This document shows, one piece after another, positions 12,542-23,781 of a stretch of 64,000 nt of DNA. Source of the stretch: Paragordius varius (taxonomy: Eukaryota; Animalia; Nematomorpha); the NCBI GenBank assembly GCA_964247055.1, contig OZ176053.1, positions 3,720,001 to 3,784,000 of the forward strand, written 5' to 3'. Each line of letters begins with the position of its first letter. The first letter of the stretch is position 1. The notes beneath the pieces were generated by a model, which did no database searches, was not told the origin of the DNA, and saw nothing but the letters and a program-made list of their open reading frames with translations. The position numbers and the translations under genes are program-made.

Positions 12542-13357
12542 ATGATAAATCCATCACCCGATGATAATCAGGGCGAAGGAAACAAGACAGAAAATATGAT
12601 GAGAAAACAACAGTCTCGTAGTAATAGTAAAGACCCATTCGCAACGCCCAAAATTACACGGACCCCATCTCCATCCCCATATTATTTAGATTCGAATGCT
12701 GCTGCTGTATCTAGGCCCCACGGTTCGCATCGATCCTTGAATACTCCGCAAACGGGCTTACGGAGTCATTCATTGGATTGGAGACAGAGGAGACTCGATC
12801 AAACCAATTCTCATTCTCGTACCAATTATAACCGTCATTATCCGCCAAGTGTACCAGCGGTAAGTAATTTAGATTCTTTTAGTGGTGTCACGCCAAACAC
12901 CGGTAACCGATTAAACACAACTAGCAGTAATGCCAGGCATAATGTTAATAACAACACAAGTTACAATACAAGCGTAGCCACAAGTTTTGGCTCTTCACCC
13001 CTATTTTCACCATTCTCGGATGAATCGGAGTACATTGATACGCCTAGATCCCAAAACTATATGTATGGGACACATAATACCCAAGCAGGCAATATTAATA
13101 AAGTACCAACTGATGTCGGAAACAATAAAAAAAGAGGAAAACGCAATGTTGGAATTCAATATGGGAATGGAAAAGATCGCCCAACAACTTTTTTGCAATG
13201 TTTGATGGGACAAGATTCTGAGTTGGAGGAAAAACCGTTTATATATACAGCTATATGGCTCATTTGTATTGGTTTAATTTTATCATTCCTTATATTTATT
13301 ATAGTTATTTGTTTCCTATTATTGTATGAGATGAAACATAAAATCTTAATCCATTGA
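12542..13357 (+). CDS. Intronless 271-aa orphan protein: S/N/T/R-rich low-complexity region plus one C-terminal transmembrane helix (tail-anchored-like)
   Basis: 816-nt ATG-to-stop ORF with GC clearly above the flanks; TM segment FIYTAIWLICIGLILSFLIFIIVICFLLLY followed by 9 residues. No recognised domain. Confidence 0.8.
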   Translation: MINPSPDDNQGEGNKTENMMRKQQSRSNSKDPFATPKITRTPSPSPYYLDSNAAAVSRPHGSHRSLNTPQTGLRSHSLDWRQRRLDQTNSHSRTNYNRHYPPSVPAVSNLDSFSGVTPNTGNRLNTTSSNARHNVNNNTSYNTSVATSFGSSPLFSPFSDESEYIDTPRSQNYMYGTHNTQAGNINKVPTDVGNNKKRGKRNVGIQYGNGKDRPTTFLQCLMGQDSELEEKPFIYTAIWLICIGLILSFLIFIIVICFLLLYEMKHKILIH

Positions 13358-13689
13358 ATATAAAATATTTGCACACTCATTCACATACATATTGGATTAA
13401 AAGTAATTATTATATTTCGACAATCATATATTTATGTATTGTTTGTAAGTTCTAATATAAACTGTAATAAATCAATTATATTTGATACTGGATAGTTTAA
13501 CTATTTTAAGCAAATATATCTTTAATTGCTGTCAGCATAAAATCTTTTCAAGTTAATTTACCCACAAAATTTTGTCCAAAATTTATAATCTAATTTGGTG
13601 AAGGGATTTATAAGATTTTTAAAAATCCCAATATTCGTTTTATTCAATTCAATATCGGATGTTTTTCAGAAATTAGTTTTGCTACTTCA

Positions 13690-14690
13690 AATTTAAAGGT
13701 CTATTTTGATTCAAAGCGCACCGAACCAGGCCAAACCGCGGCGTGCTAATAACAACAGCTGAATTAATTAATAAGCCTAGGGCATGAGTACAATGCGATC
13801 ATGTGTTTTATTATGCGCAGTTTTAAGCATTTTCATAGTAAAACTTTGGTTGGCACTGTCAATTGTCATAGGTTATATATTTGGAAACGTGCGAACATTC
13901 GTAACATTTATATTTGATTTCACATCCCGTATGCAGCGAATATTTTGGATAAATAATGACTTTGGCTGTCCAATATTACCCTAAGGTGCTCTTAGTATAA
14001 ATAGTGGGCGTCTACATAACAAATATCAACTGTTTTAGAATCAATCTTCTAAAAAAATTATGCAATTGGTATAAAGATGAAAATTTGGGAACGAATTATA
14101 TTTTTAATTATTGAACTTGTAAAAATTAGATATTTTAAGAAATAGTTCATATGCTAAACATAAAACTTATAGCAATGTAGGCATTTACAGTATTTTTTAA
14201 TTAACATGTTTTGCGATGCCTGAGTTTACCACATTAACGACTGGCATTCTCTTAAATCCAAATGTGTAAAATTATATACTCTTCTAAGTTTTTATGGAGA
14301 GCTCGATTCTTGAGGACGAATACGATGTTTTCGTCAAAAATTATTGTCCAAGGTTCCTGTAAAGTATTTTGCATAAGGCGTTAATTTATATATATTTTTG
14401 TTATTATGGTCATAAGGCCAAACATTCAATAGACAAATCGATTTTGTCTTTGTTTTTTTTTCATTAATTAAATGATGCATAATAAATTTATTTAAAAATG
14501 TAAATTAAAAACAACGATAGAAAAACTATTCAATGGATCAGGGAATAGCAAAAAAAATACACTATAAAATATTTCAAATTGTAATAATTTAAATCAGTAT
14601 GAAAACGGATTAGCCGATGCCAAACGCGCCGACCTTTGGTTAGAAATTTAAAACTGGGCCGAACCTATAGACATATGTCCAATAAATCAT
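13690..14690. other. Unresolved coding-like segments
   Basis: GC-elevated blocks at ~13700-14030, 14210-14360 and 14600-14690; hydrophobic ORF 13784-13984(+) and an AG-bounded open segment 14356-14280(-). No consistent gene model found on either strand. Confidence 0.2.
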
Positions 14691-14802
14691 GGATCAATAA
14701 AATATACAGTTCATGGTATAAATAAATTATTTATTCGCTAGATATGTATATAGATATAGGCAAAACATCCCTTATACAAAAATAAGGATATGGATTGAAA
14801 AA

Positions 14803-17800
14803 CTAAGTTCTGTAAAGAGCTCTTGGAGGTGGATATTCAACGGGTGGCAGTTCATTTATGAAAAAGTCCCCAGCATAATATCGATCAAACGTTCGATCTG
14901 ATCGATAGGCCAACAAACAAAAGGATCCTAGCGAGTTTACATCCGTTCTATAAAAATATAGAATATTAATTTTGTTGCGAAAAAAATGGATTTAAGAAAC
15001 TTTCGCCTCTCGGTTTTTAAACTTGTCAAAACTTATGGAATAAAAATTATTAACTATTATATAGAATATTTGAAATAAAAAAAGTAATAATTACAGTAAA
15101 ATTATATCGAGAAAATGTAAAAAATATAAAACAATTAAAAGACAACCTTGTTTTTAAAACTTTCATTTTTCCTATATAAAGTATTTAATCAGAATTACAA
15201 AATATATAATTGTGTTATACTTTACATTTCCATTAAATGAGTATTATTATAAAAAAATCAAATTAAATCAAGTATGGTTGAAAAAAAATGTTTGTCATTA
15301 TATTTTACAGTTTGTCTGAATAAGCAATATTGTAAAAGTCTCTCTCGAAAAAAAAGTTAAATAAATATTTTACCGCACACACATATCATAACATGAAGTT
15401 TGTGAAAAAACATAAATTATCATGGTAAAAAAATTTGCCTAAATAGGAAATATTTTTTGCCTAACCATAATTTAAATATTATTAATATTTTCTTTTATCT
15501 AAAAGGTTAAAAAATATTAAGCATTAGTTAAATTAACAAATTTCAATATTGATTGATGACCGTAATAGCAAATGTGACGGTAAAAAATTTTAAAATGGAC
15601 TTAAACACATGGAAAAATTTTATAATCAAAAGCAATTTGACTACTACCACCTCTGCATTATTTGATTTATCCAAAATTATGAATTCTAAAATTATACCGT
15701 TCCTGGATTCCCAAATCAGCAAATCCCAGGCTCCGAGGATCCATTTCTTCATTAACGAATTCTAATTCTAGCATTGCCGGAGTAAACTTCCTATCGTCCA
15801 TCCATCGTAAAATTTGAGGAGATACGGTCTTAATAACATATGTGATATTAAACTTAAAATTACAATTTAATTTATGGCCATGGCAAATACAGAGTTTACT
15901 GAATGTGTATGACAAACTATCGCAAAATATTACAGAAATAATCAAAATCGTTATAGTATCAAAAATTATGAAAACCGCAAACAAAAATGATATTTTAAGT
16001 CATTTTTATCAAGGCTTTTTAATATATATATAGTTTACTTTGATCCAAATACCCAGGTCTAATTCTTTACGTTGGTAATCCATAACTTCAGGTTCGTAAT
16101 GCATAAGTTGATGCATCCAATCACACAGTTCAGCTAGGGTGTATGCATATGGACCCGTTAAATAGAATCTATTGAAAATTTCAAGGGCTTTTATGTAATG
16201 ACTCAAGTAAATGTTAATTATAAATTAAAATAAATTTACCAAAAAAAGTATCAAATAAAGACAATATACACAAAAATTTAAATTGTTTCTAAATTAACGT
16301 TATTATAATTTTACTTTGTGTTTTGCTGTTGTAATTGTAATTTTCACTGTAAATTTCCCCCAAAACATTCAAATATTTGATCAATTTTTAATACAAGTAA
16401 CTTTAAAAAAATAGCAGCAATTGAAAAGATGATCAATCAAAGTATAAACATTGCAAAGGCAAACATATTTTATTTCGAAGATATGGCATATACCTTTTCC
16501 CAGCAACCGCTTCCAAAGGCATAAGAGGTGACACAATCTTGCCAATAGCTTTGCAAACATCATAAACGTAAACAGGGGCCTTGATTGTCTCCTCGCCCTT
16601 CTTCCAAAGCGCGACACAATCGCCCGAATGCCGCCAATCAGAACCGTACAAATTAAAGAAACGATCATTGAATCTATTATTTACATAATGATGAAGGGGA
16701 TTGACAAGTTTCTTTAATATTTGTAATCATTTAGTTTTAACCACTTTATTTAAAAAAGTGTATATGATATAATTTATTACGTTTTTCATCAAGGTCGGTG
16801 TCAATAAAAACTAAATTTAAGGTAGAATCACAATAAATTACGACATAATATAAGAATATTTAGCCAAATAATCTCTTATGATTTATGCGAAATAAAAAAT
16901 AAACGATTGGAAAAGGTATGTTATAGTATTCAAAAAGTGTAAGTATTATAAATTATTAGCGTTATAAATTAATACATTAATTCCCTAAATATTTGTAAAC
17001 CATGCAGGATTCGCTTTTATTAAATAACTCTTACGGTCAGAATCCGGTTAAATATTTTATAGGACTTTTCTAATAGCAATAATTTATATGGGTCCACATG
17101 TTTAAAATAACCGTATAGATTTATTTAATAATAATCAATGAAAATTAAAACATATATATTCGCCATTTTCATAAACAAAATTTAAATATGGTTTTGGCTT
17201 TAACACGAGACCTATTTGGTAAATCTATTATAATTAAATCTACTATGTCATATTTTGTTGATATAAAAAATTGAATCATTACAACTATTTAAACACAATG
17301 AAATAACCCGTATATTTGAATTTGTAAAAATACCATAATTTACTAATATAAAATTATATAATAATGGTCTTCTAAGGTTAATATATACATGTTACTAGTT
17401 TCAGGAGTTTGGGAATAAAAAATATGTAAATTTAAAACCCAAAAATGGTAGCTGGTTTGATAATTGTAGCATTTGGGAATTCGCTTAGAACAGCCTCTTC
17501 GCCTAAACCTTTTGTTTTTAAAAATTTGTGTGATTTTTTTGGATTTAATAAGGTAGGACCATTAATTTCATAGGGATTAGCCCCAAAATGAGACATTTGC
17601 ACAAATTTAGACACTCCGCATTCTTTTGCAATTCTAGCTAATTTTCGCGGAATCTCTATATGAGTTTCTTCAAATGTGTAATTTTTTGTTTCAATCAAAG
17701 ATCCTGTAAGCAATTTAAATTCTAATTTTACCTATAAGATTGATGACAACATTAGAATATTTCATTGACTTATAAAGGTTTGCATCATCAATATCATTAG

Positions 17801-18104
17801 GCTGGTATTTGATCAAAAGAATTTGTCCAAGATCACCGTAAACTCTAAAAGTATCTATCCATTGCATATCACAACGATGAGCAATAATCATTTGGGTTCC
17901 TTCACGGCCTAATTAATATGTAAGATTAAGCTAAATACCTAAGTAGTTTACCAAGGCTTCTCCAACAAATCCATTTCCACCAAATATTGTAGCAACAACG
18001 CCATTAAAAGATGATCTTCCACCGGCACCTCTTTTATATGAGCTTAAAGTATCGGGTGTAAATCTTCTCAAACTTTGTTTTAGCAAAGGTATTAGCCTTA
18101 ACAT
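14803..18104 (-). CDS. NDUFA9: NADH dehydrogenase (ubiquinone) 1 alpha subcomplex subunit 9 (39 kDa, SDR fold), 7 exons, 397 aa
   Basis: Exons 18104-17939, 17908-17732, 17703-17439, 16673-16494, 16168-16039, 15828-15698, 14947-14803 (1194 nt, phases consistent). Presequence-like MLRLIPLLKQSLRRF, then RGAGGRSSFNGVVATIFGGNGFVG, GDLGQI, NVVINLIG, ATIIKPATIFG, APVYVYDV, GFADLGI. Confidence 0.95.
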
Positions 18105-18299
18105 GTGCTATAAGCCATCATTTGTTATTCCATATGACTAAAATATAAAATGAGCCCAAAAATGGATCTTACATTTACCATTAAACACAAAAACCTCTTT
18201 TCTAAAACTGATATAAATTTAGTATAGCTGATAGATATACGAATATCGCAAATCGAATTATCATACAATATACTATTTACCTAAAAATAAAATATTTTA

Positions 18300-18809
18300 C
18301 ACTTAGATACAACACATTCATTTCAGCCCTTCGATTTAAATTGAAATATTTCGAAAAATATGAAATGAATTGAAACCATGGAAAAGGTATGCAATTATAA
18401 AATATAATCGAAAATATAAAGAAATTTATTCGAATACTTGATATTATTTATTTATAGGTTAAACCCAAAGGTAAAAATTTAGCCAACATGACATTTGTGC
18501 ACAAGCTAAATATGAAAATAATGCAAAATATACCACTTTTTGTATTTACATTATTGTTAAATGTGATTTTAATAAAATTGGAAATATTTTAGGCTTAAAA
18601 TCAAAAAACGATATTTCCGTAAAATGCTGTAAAAAAATGACGTCCAAAGAGTTTGATATAAAACTATTTTCTCATAATAAATTTTTATAATTTTAGCTTA
18701 TATATATAGTTTTTATTAGGATAGGTGCGACCGTATCTTTCAGTATTTTCTTAAAAAGCAATTTAAATATTGTCTGGGGTATTTAGATACCCCATTTTGA
18801 ATCAAAGTG
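18300..18809 (-). mobile_element. piggyBac-like MITE family C, reverse copy
   Basis: Reverse complement of the 19213-19783 element; ends CACTT...AAGTG flanked by TTTA and TTAA. Confidence 0.8.
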
Positions 18810-19212
18810 TTAAATAGAATTAAGTTTCTATATAATTGGTCGGAAATTAAAATATAATAATAAATTATCAATATTACAGTGGATTTTTTGTATGTGTTCT
18901 CCATATATAATTTTTAAGCATAAATAAAGTTAATTTGGATGTTTGCTATAAACACCAATGTATACAATAACTAAATATATTTACATTTTTATAAAATTTT
19001 ATTATTCATCTTTTAAAATAAGATATGCCTTAGAACTTGCTGTATTTTCTAGTCCGAAAGAACTCTGGAATGTTTTCCGTTTTATCAAAACAATGATCCC
19101 GTCATCGGTAAAAAATGGAAACCTTAATTCAGAGAATTGTTTAGCCGTGATATAAATCTAATAGCTTATGATTAATAAGCCATCTTAAATTTAACAAACA
19201 GGTGTGGTTTGA

Positions 19213-19783
19213 CATTTCGATTCAAATTGGGGTATCTAAATACCCCAGACTTTAGAATTTACAAAAAAATACTGAAGGAAACGGTCCCAATTTAAATTTA
19301 TGCTTCTATCCTGATAAATATTGTATAAATATGCCAAAATATCTTGATATATTTTTTTTTGGAAAAAAATTTCCATCTCAAACTACTTCGACGCCATTTT
19401 ATTTTAAAAAAATTTTGCAAAATATGGTCTTCATTTAATTTTAAGGGTAAAACTAAAGCTTATTTTTTATATAAATTACATCTAACATTGACAAAAATAG
19501 AAAAAGCGGTTTATTTTGTATTATTTTTTAATGTTGCAATTTGACACATGTCACGTTGGCTAAATTTTAACCTTTCAGTTTTAACTCAAAATAAGTAATA
19601 TCAAGTATTTTTGAATAAAATTTTTTATATTTTTCGGTTTATTAATGTTATATAAGTGCAAAATTTTGCCATGGTTTCGATTTGTTCCATACTTTTTAAA
19701 GTATTTGATTATAAACAGGCCTGAGGTATCCAACTACCCCAATTTGAATCGAAGGACTAAAATGAGTGTGTTGTATCCAAGTG
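19213..19783 (+). mobile_element. piggyBac-like MITE family C
   Basis: Flanks TTGA/TTAA; perfect 19-bp internal inverted repeat TTCGATTCAAATTGGGGTA (19216-19234) / TACCCCAATTTGAATCGAA (19735-19753), placed asymmetrically (25-nt spacer before terminal AAGTG on the right). Confidence 0.8.
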
Positions 19784-20119
19784 TTAATCAATTATTTTTG
19801 CAAATTAATATTAAGAATTCTGTTGTTTCTTTTTTTACAACTCAATTTTTCAATTTAGATTATTTAAATTTTATTAAGGTCGGGGTTATCTATTTATATG
19901 CAATAAATACTTGTATAGAATTCGTGTGAAAATTCTTATGGATCACATTTGATTAAAATTTCATATAATTAATTTAAAGATAAAAATTAATAAATTAAAA
20001 TTTATTAAATTATTTGATCCAGGCTAAATTTAATTTTTGAAAAATATATTCTGAAACGGATATTTTTTACAAGTGTTTTTTTACAATCTACATTCACAAA
20101 TTAGAGTATAGCGTGTGTT

Positions 20120-20710
20120 ATGTCGTTACCAATAAAAGTATTATCTGTAGTTCTTGCCGGCTACTTTATATTCATCGGTGTTACCAAAGTTACAGATAAA
20201 GTCGATAGAAATTTTTTCTTAGGACATGTATTATACCAATTTAATTGTAGGTGAATGATTACAAGAAATTTGTTTTGAATATACGGAACCCAATTAAACA
20301 ACACACTGGATATCTTATAAAATCCAAATATTTAAGAAGAGGAATAGGTGGAGCTGAAATTTTATTTGGATTTTTTATGTTACCTCTCTTTCCAAGTACA
20401 CTTATTTTATTATATTATAGGATTTATTTCAAATCTTTCTAACCTAGTTTTACTCGCTACGGTTGGCTTAATTATTTTAATGCACATCAGTCTGCAACGA
20501 GGAATTGAGTATCTGGCAGCTCCGATTGTTTTTGCTCTACTTTTATTGGCACGACTTATAATGGTTTATCAAACAAAAACAATTAAGCACACATACCAAC
20601 CACCCAAAAACTATACTCAGTATGACAAAAAAGAAAAACTTAGCGATAATGAATCGGAAGAAACAGAACAATCGGATTTGGATGAAGGTGGTGATCAAAT
20701 GGACGATTAA
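20120..20710 (+). CDS. TMEM35: TMEM35/NACHO-family membrane protein (DoxX-like), 3 exons, 180 aa
   Basis: Exons 20120-20227, 20251-20395, 20421-20710 with 23- and 25-nt GT-AG introns. MSLPIKVLSVVLAGYFIFIGVTKVT, LRRGIGGAEILFGFFML, APIVFALLLLARLIM parallel the NACHO TM segments. Confidence 0.88.
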
Positions 20711-20890
20711 TTTTTTCAGAGTCTCAGTTTGCCAAAAAATAAATTAATAATAACTAATATTATTATGTTGTACATGCTTTAGTCACCATATTGAATGATT
20801 GTATATCTTTAAAATTACTAAACACCCTATCTTTTTTTTAAATAATACTTTATTTTATTAACATAGCTCAATTTGTCAATAAATTTTGAT

Positions 20891-21784
20891 TTAATATTCA
20901 TTGGTACATTCAAACAAATATAATTCATGATAAAAATTATTTTCATGCCCTAACGTTTGGTAGTTATTTTCAGATATCATATCTTTGATATAGGTTTTCA
21001 TATCCACTATAGAATTTTCTGTGTCTAACATTGGTACGATTTTTTTATTAACGATAAATTCCAAATCATTTCCATCTTCGATACAATAAAATGATACCTT
21101 ATGCAATTTATATGCAGAAATTTTATCATATTTCTTCCCAACTATTTCGAATAAGTGTTTAAAATTTTGCGGCGACGCTTGTTTGATGGGAGAAAAGGGG
21201 TGCGAATTCATCCATGGTCTTTGCCACGGTGTTCCAGATTTAAACTTTATTTTTTCGATTTTAGACATTCTGATTGGTGGAACATTCCAAGTTAAAAAAT
21301 ATATAATACTTTTGGATAGTGATAGTTGATTTTGCAATTGACTTAAAAACATCTCTATATCATCTATCCAATTAATTGCTGAATAAACGAATATGATATC
21401 ATACTGTTTTTTTAATGTGGGCTCCGCTAATGAATCGATTGCACCGTAATTGATATTCATATTAGATTCAGATATATCTTTTAACTTTATTTGTATAGTT
21501 TTTTCGGTAATTGTTTGGTTAGACATTTTAAGCTCTGTTGTACTTGTTATGTCATTTAAGGTACCAACATAATCATTTATATCAGTATCCATGTTTATTA
21601 AACTTTCTTTGGGTTTCAGCCCTTTTGCAAACATAGGGGATATCCTATCAAATTCCTCGGTTTCTTGCAAAAGTATCAACATATTAGTGACTTTGTTTTC
21701 TCGAATAAATCCATATCCAATTATTTCGAGTGCGTTATTAACTATAACATTTTCCATTTTGTCTGTGCACAAAAAGTTAGACAT
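20891..21784 (-). CDS. Intronless class I SAM-dependent methyltransferase-like protein (JHAMT/trans-aconitate MTase-like), 297 aa
   Basis: Long open ORF; QYDIIFVYSAINWIDDIEMFLSQLQNQL resembles the fDxxfSxxxxhWv motif of JHAMT-like enzymes; glycine-rich motif I not evident. Confidence 0.6.
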   Translation of the reverse strand: MSNFLCTDKMENVIVNNALEIIGYGFIRENKVTNMLILLQETEEFDRISPMFAKGLKPKESLINMDTDINDYVGTLNDITSTTELKMSNQTITEKTIQIKLKDISESNMNINYGAIDSLAEPTLKKQYDIIFVYSAINWIDDIEMFLSQLQNQLSLSKSIIYFLTWNVPPIRMSKIEKIKFKSGTPWQRPWMNSHPFSPIKQASPQNFKHLFEIVGKKYDKISAYKLHKVSFYCIEDGNDLEFIVNKKIVPMLDTENSIVDMKTYIKDMISENNYQTLGHENNFYHELYLFECTNEY

Positions 21785-22424
21785 TTTTTTGTTAAAAAAA
21801 TAATACTCTATTTCGTTTTAAAAGCCTAATACTTCAAATATTTTGAATGAACTTCAGTTTTATTTACATTCAATAACATGTACATATAAGTTTGTTTTTA
21901 TTTATAAACATTTTTATCCATTTATATGCATGAAAGCTATCCCTTTCAACACTATTACTTATATGTTACTGTAAAAATTAAAGAAAATTATCATCAGCAA
22001 CTAAAAATAACCTCTACAGTAAGATGTGAGATACAAACATATTTATTTTATCTTTTTTTATAAGAAAATTTGCTCAATAATTTTGGGGTAATTAGAATGG
22101 TACGGTTATTAATTTAAAAAACATAAAAATACATCTACCATTTTCATACAATTTCATCCCATTTAATTATTGCCCCATTAATAGATAAGTATGAATTCTG
22201 CCTTTTTTAGCGTGATATTCTTAAATCTTACCCAGTTACTGATTAAACAATAAGCTTTATTTTTAAGTTAGCAGAACAGTTAGCCCCTTACGAAGGTGGA
22301 GCTTCCATATATTATATTCAAAAACCTTTTTTAAAAACCCAAACCAACTCTTACTCTTTGATGAAGGGCTTAAACGTTATGTAACTCGTGCCCATAGAGG
22401 GGTGGCATAGAAAACAATTATACA

Positions 22425-22830
22425 ATCTACAATTCAAATCAGCCTCGAACAATTCAAATTCACCCTTGAACAATTCAAATTCATCCTAAAAATGACTTTC
22501 GGGTTAATATAACTGCAATATATCTTTATGGCATAGTTTATTATTTTTTCAGTATTATTTTAATTTTAGAAATTTTATTTTTTATAAAACACATAATTTA
22601 TTTTAGGATGATTATAAAATAGACTGCCAAAATCTATGGAGAAGATTTTAGCATTATAAATTTTTCTTAGAATGAAAAGGTATAATTGTGAAAACATGAT
22701 ATATATATATATATATATATATTGAGTGTAAATAAGTACATTGGTCGTTTGAAAAAGATATTTGTCTCTATATTTTTACGTTCTGTCCATATAATTTCAA
22801 TTTTTACTATATATATATTATGGTGTGCCA
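22425..22830. mobile_element. Family A MITE copy (partial)
   Basis: Tandem caattcaaattcacccttgaa units at 22430-22480 and the tttacgtt(c/t)tgtcc(a/g)tataattt arm shared with 5300 and 33640. Confidence 0.5.
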
Positions 22831-22877
22831 AATTTTGGGTCAAAAATATAGCTTTTTTTAATTTTTATATTTTAAAT

Positions 22878-23126
22878 CAGGGGTGTTCAACACAAATGGC
22901 TTTGCGGGCCGCATTCAAAATATATATGGGCATTAAATAATTTATTAGATTTCAAACATAATTCAAAAAAAAAATTTGGAAAGACTTATTTAGAAAATTT
23001 GTCCAAGCAATATCAATTTTATCAAAATTTTGTGAATATTTTATGCAAATTATGGATTCCAAATTTTTCGCGAGTCGCACAGAAATCTCGGCTGGCCGCA
23101 TGCGGCCCGCGTGTTGGCCACCTCTG
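22878..23126. mobile_element. hAT (Charlie-like) MITE
   Basis: TIRs CAGGGGTGTTCAACAC / GTGTTGGCCACCTCTG; 8-bp flanks TTTTAAAT / TTTTAATT. Confidence 0.85.
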
Positions 23127-23781
23127 TTTTAATTCGACATACCAACTTAAGTGAAAAAAATTGGGGGCATGTTGAAGGATTAAAAAACTGAGTTAACTGT
23201 TTAAAGAAATAGATAATGGCAAGAAAATATTCACTTTAACCAAATTTGTTTATGTTCTAAATTATATCATAAGCTATACAATGTTTGGATTTAAATTCTC
23301 CATTTATGTGTGCCGCAAAAGTCTAAAATTATAGCGATCGGTTAAAATGAGCTGGTATCTTTATCATAAACGCAAAAGGCAGGGATTGCGCCATTGCAAT
23401 ATCGACTCAATTATTACATTAAAGGCAAGAATGATACTATGGTTTAAATTTTTTAGCAATAATTTTGTTTCGTATTTTAGAGTTTTTTGAAGCATGCTAG
23501 AAAGCGTATAAATATTATAAAATCACTTCAAAAATTTGATGCCCGCTGTATTTCAATTATCTGACTTTTATTAAAATTTAAAAATATTAAAGTTTTTTCT
23601 TACTACTAAAATGTTTTCTACCCATCGACTATTTACAAAACATTTTGACTATATATAAGGTGACCAGATTTTTTGAAGGAAAAAGCGGGACAAATCTGAG
23701 AAATGGGGGGGGGGGGTTATGAGGTGGGGTGTACAACCAAAAATTTTTATACAAAAAATTTATTGTAGTATTTATTTATTT

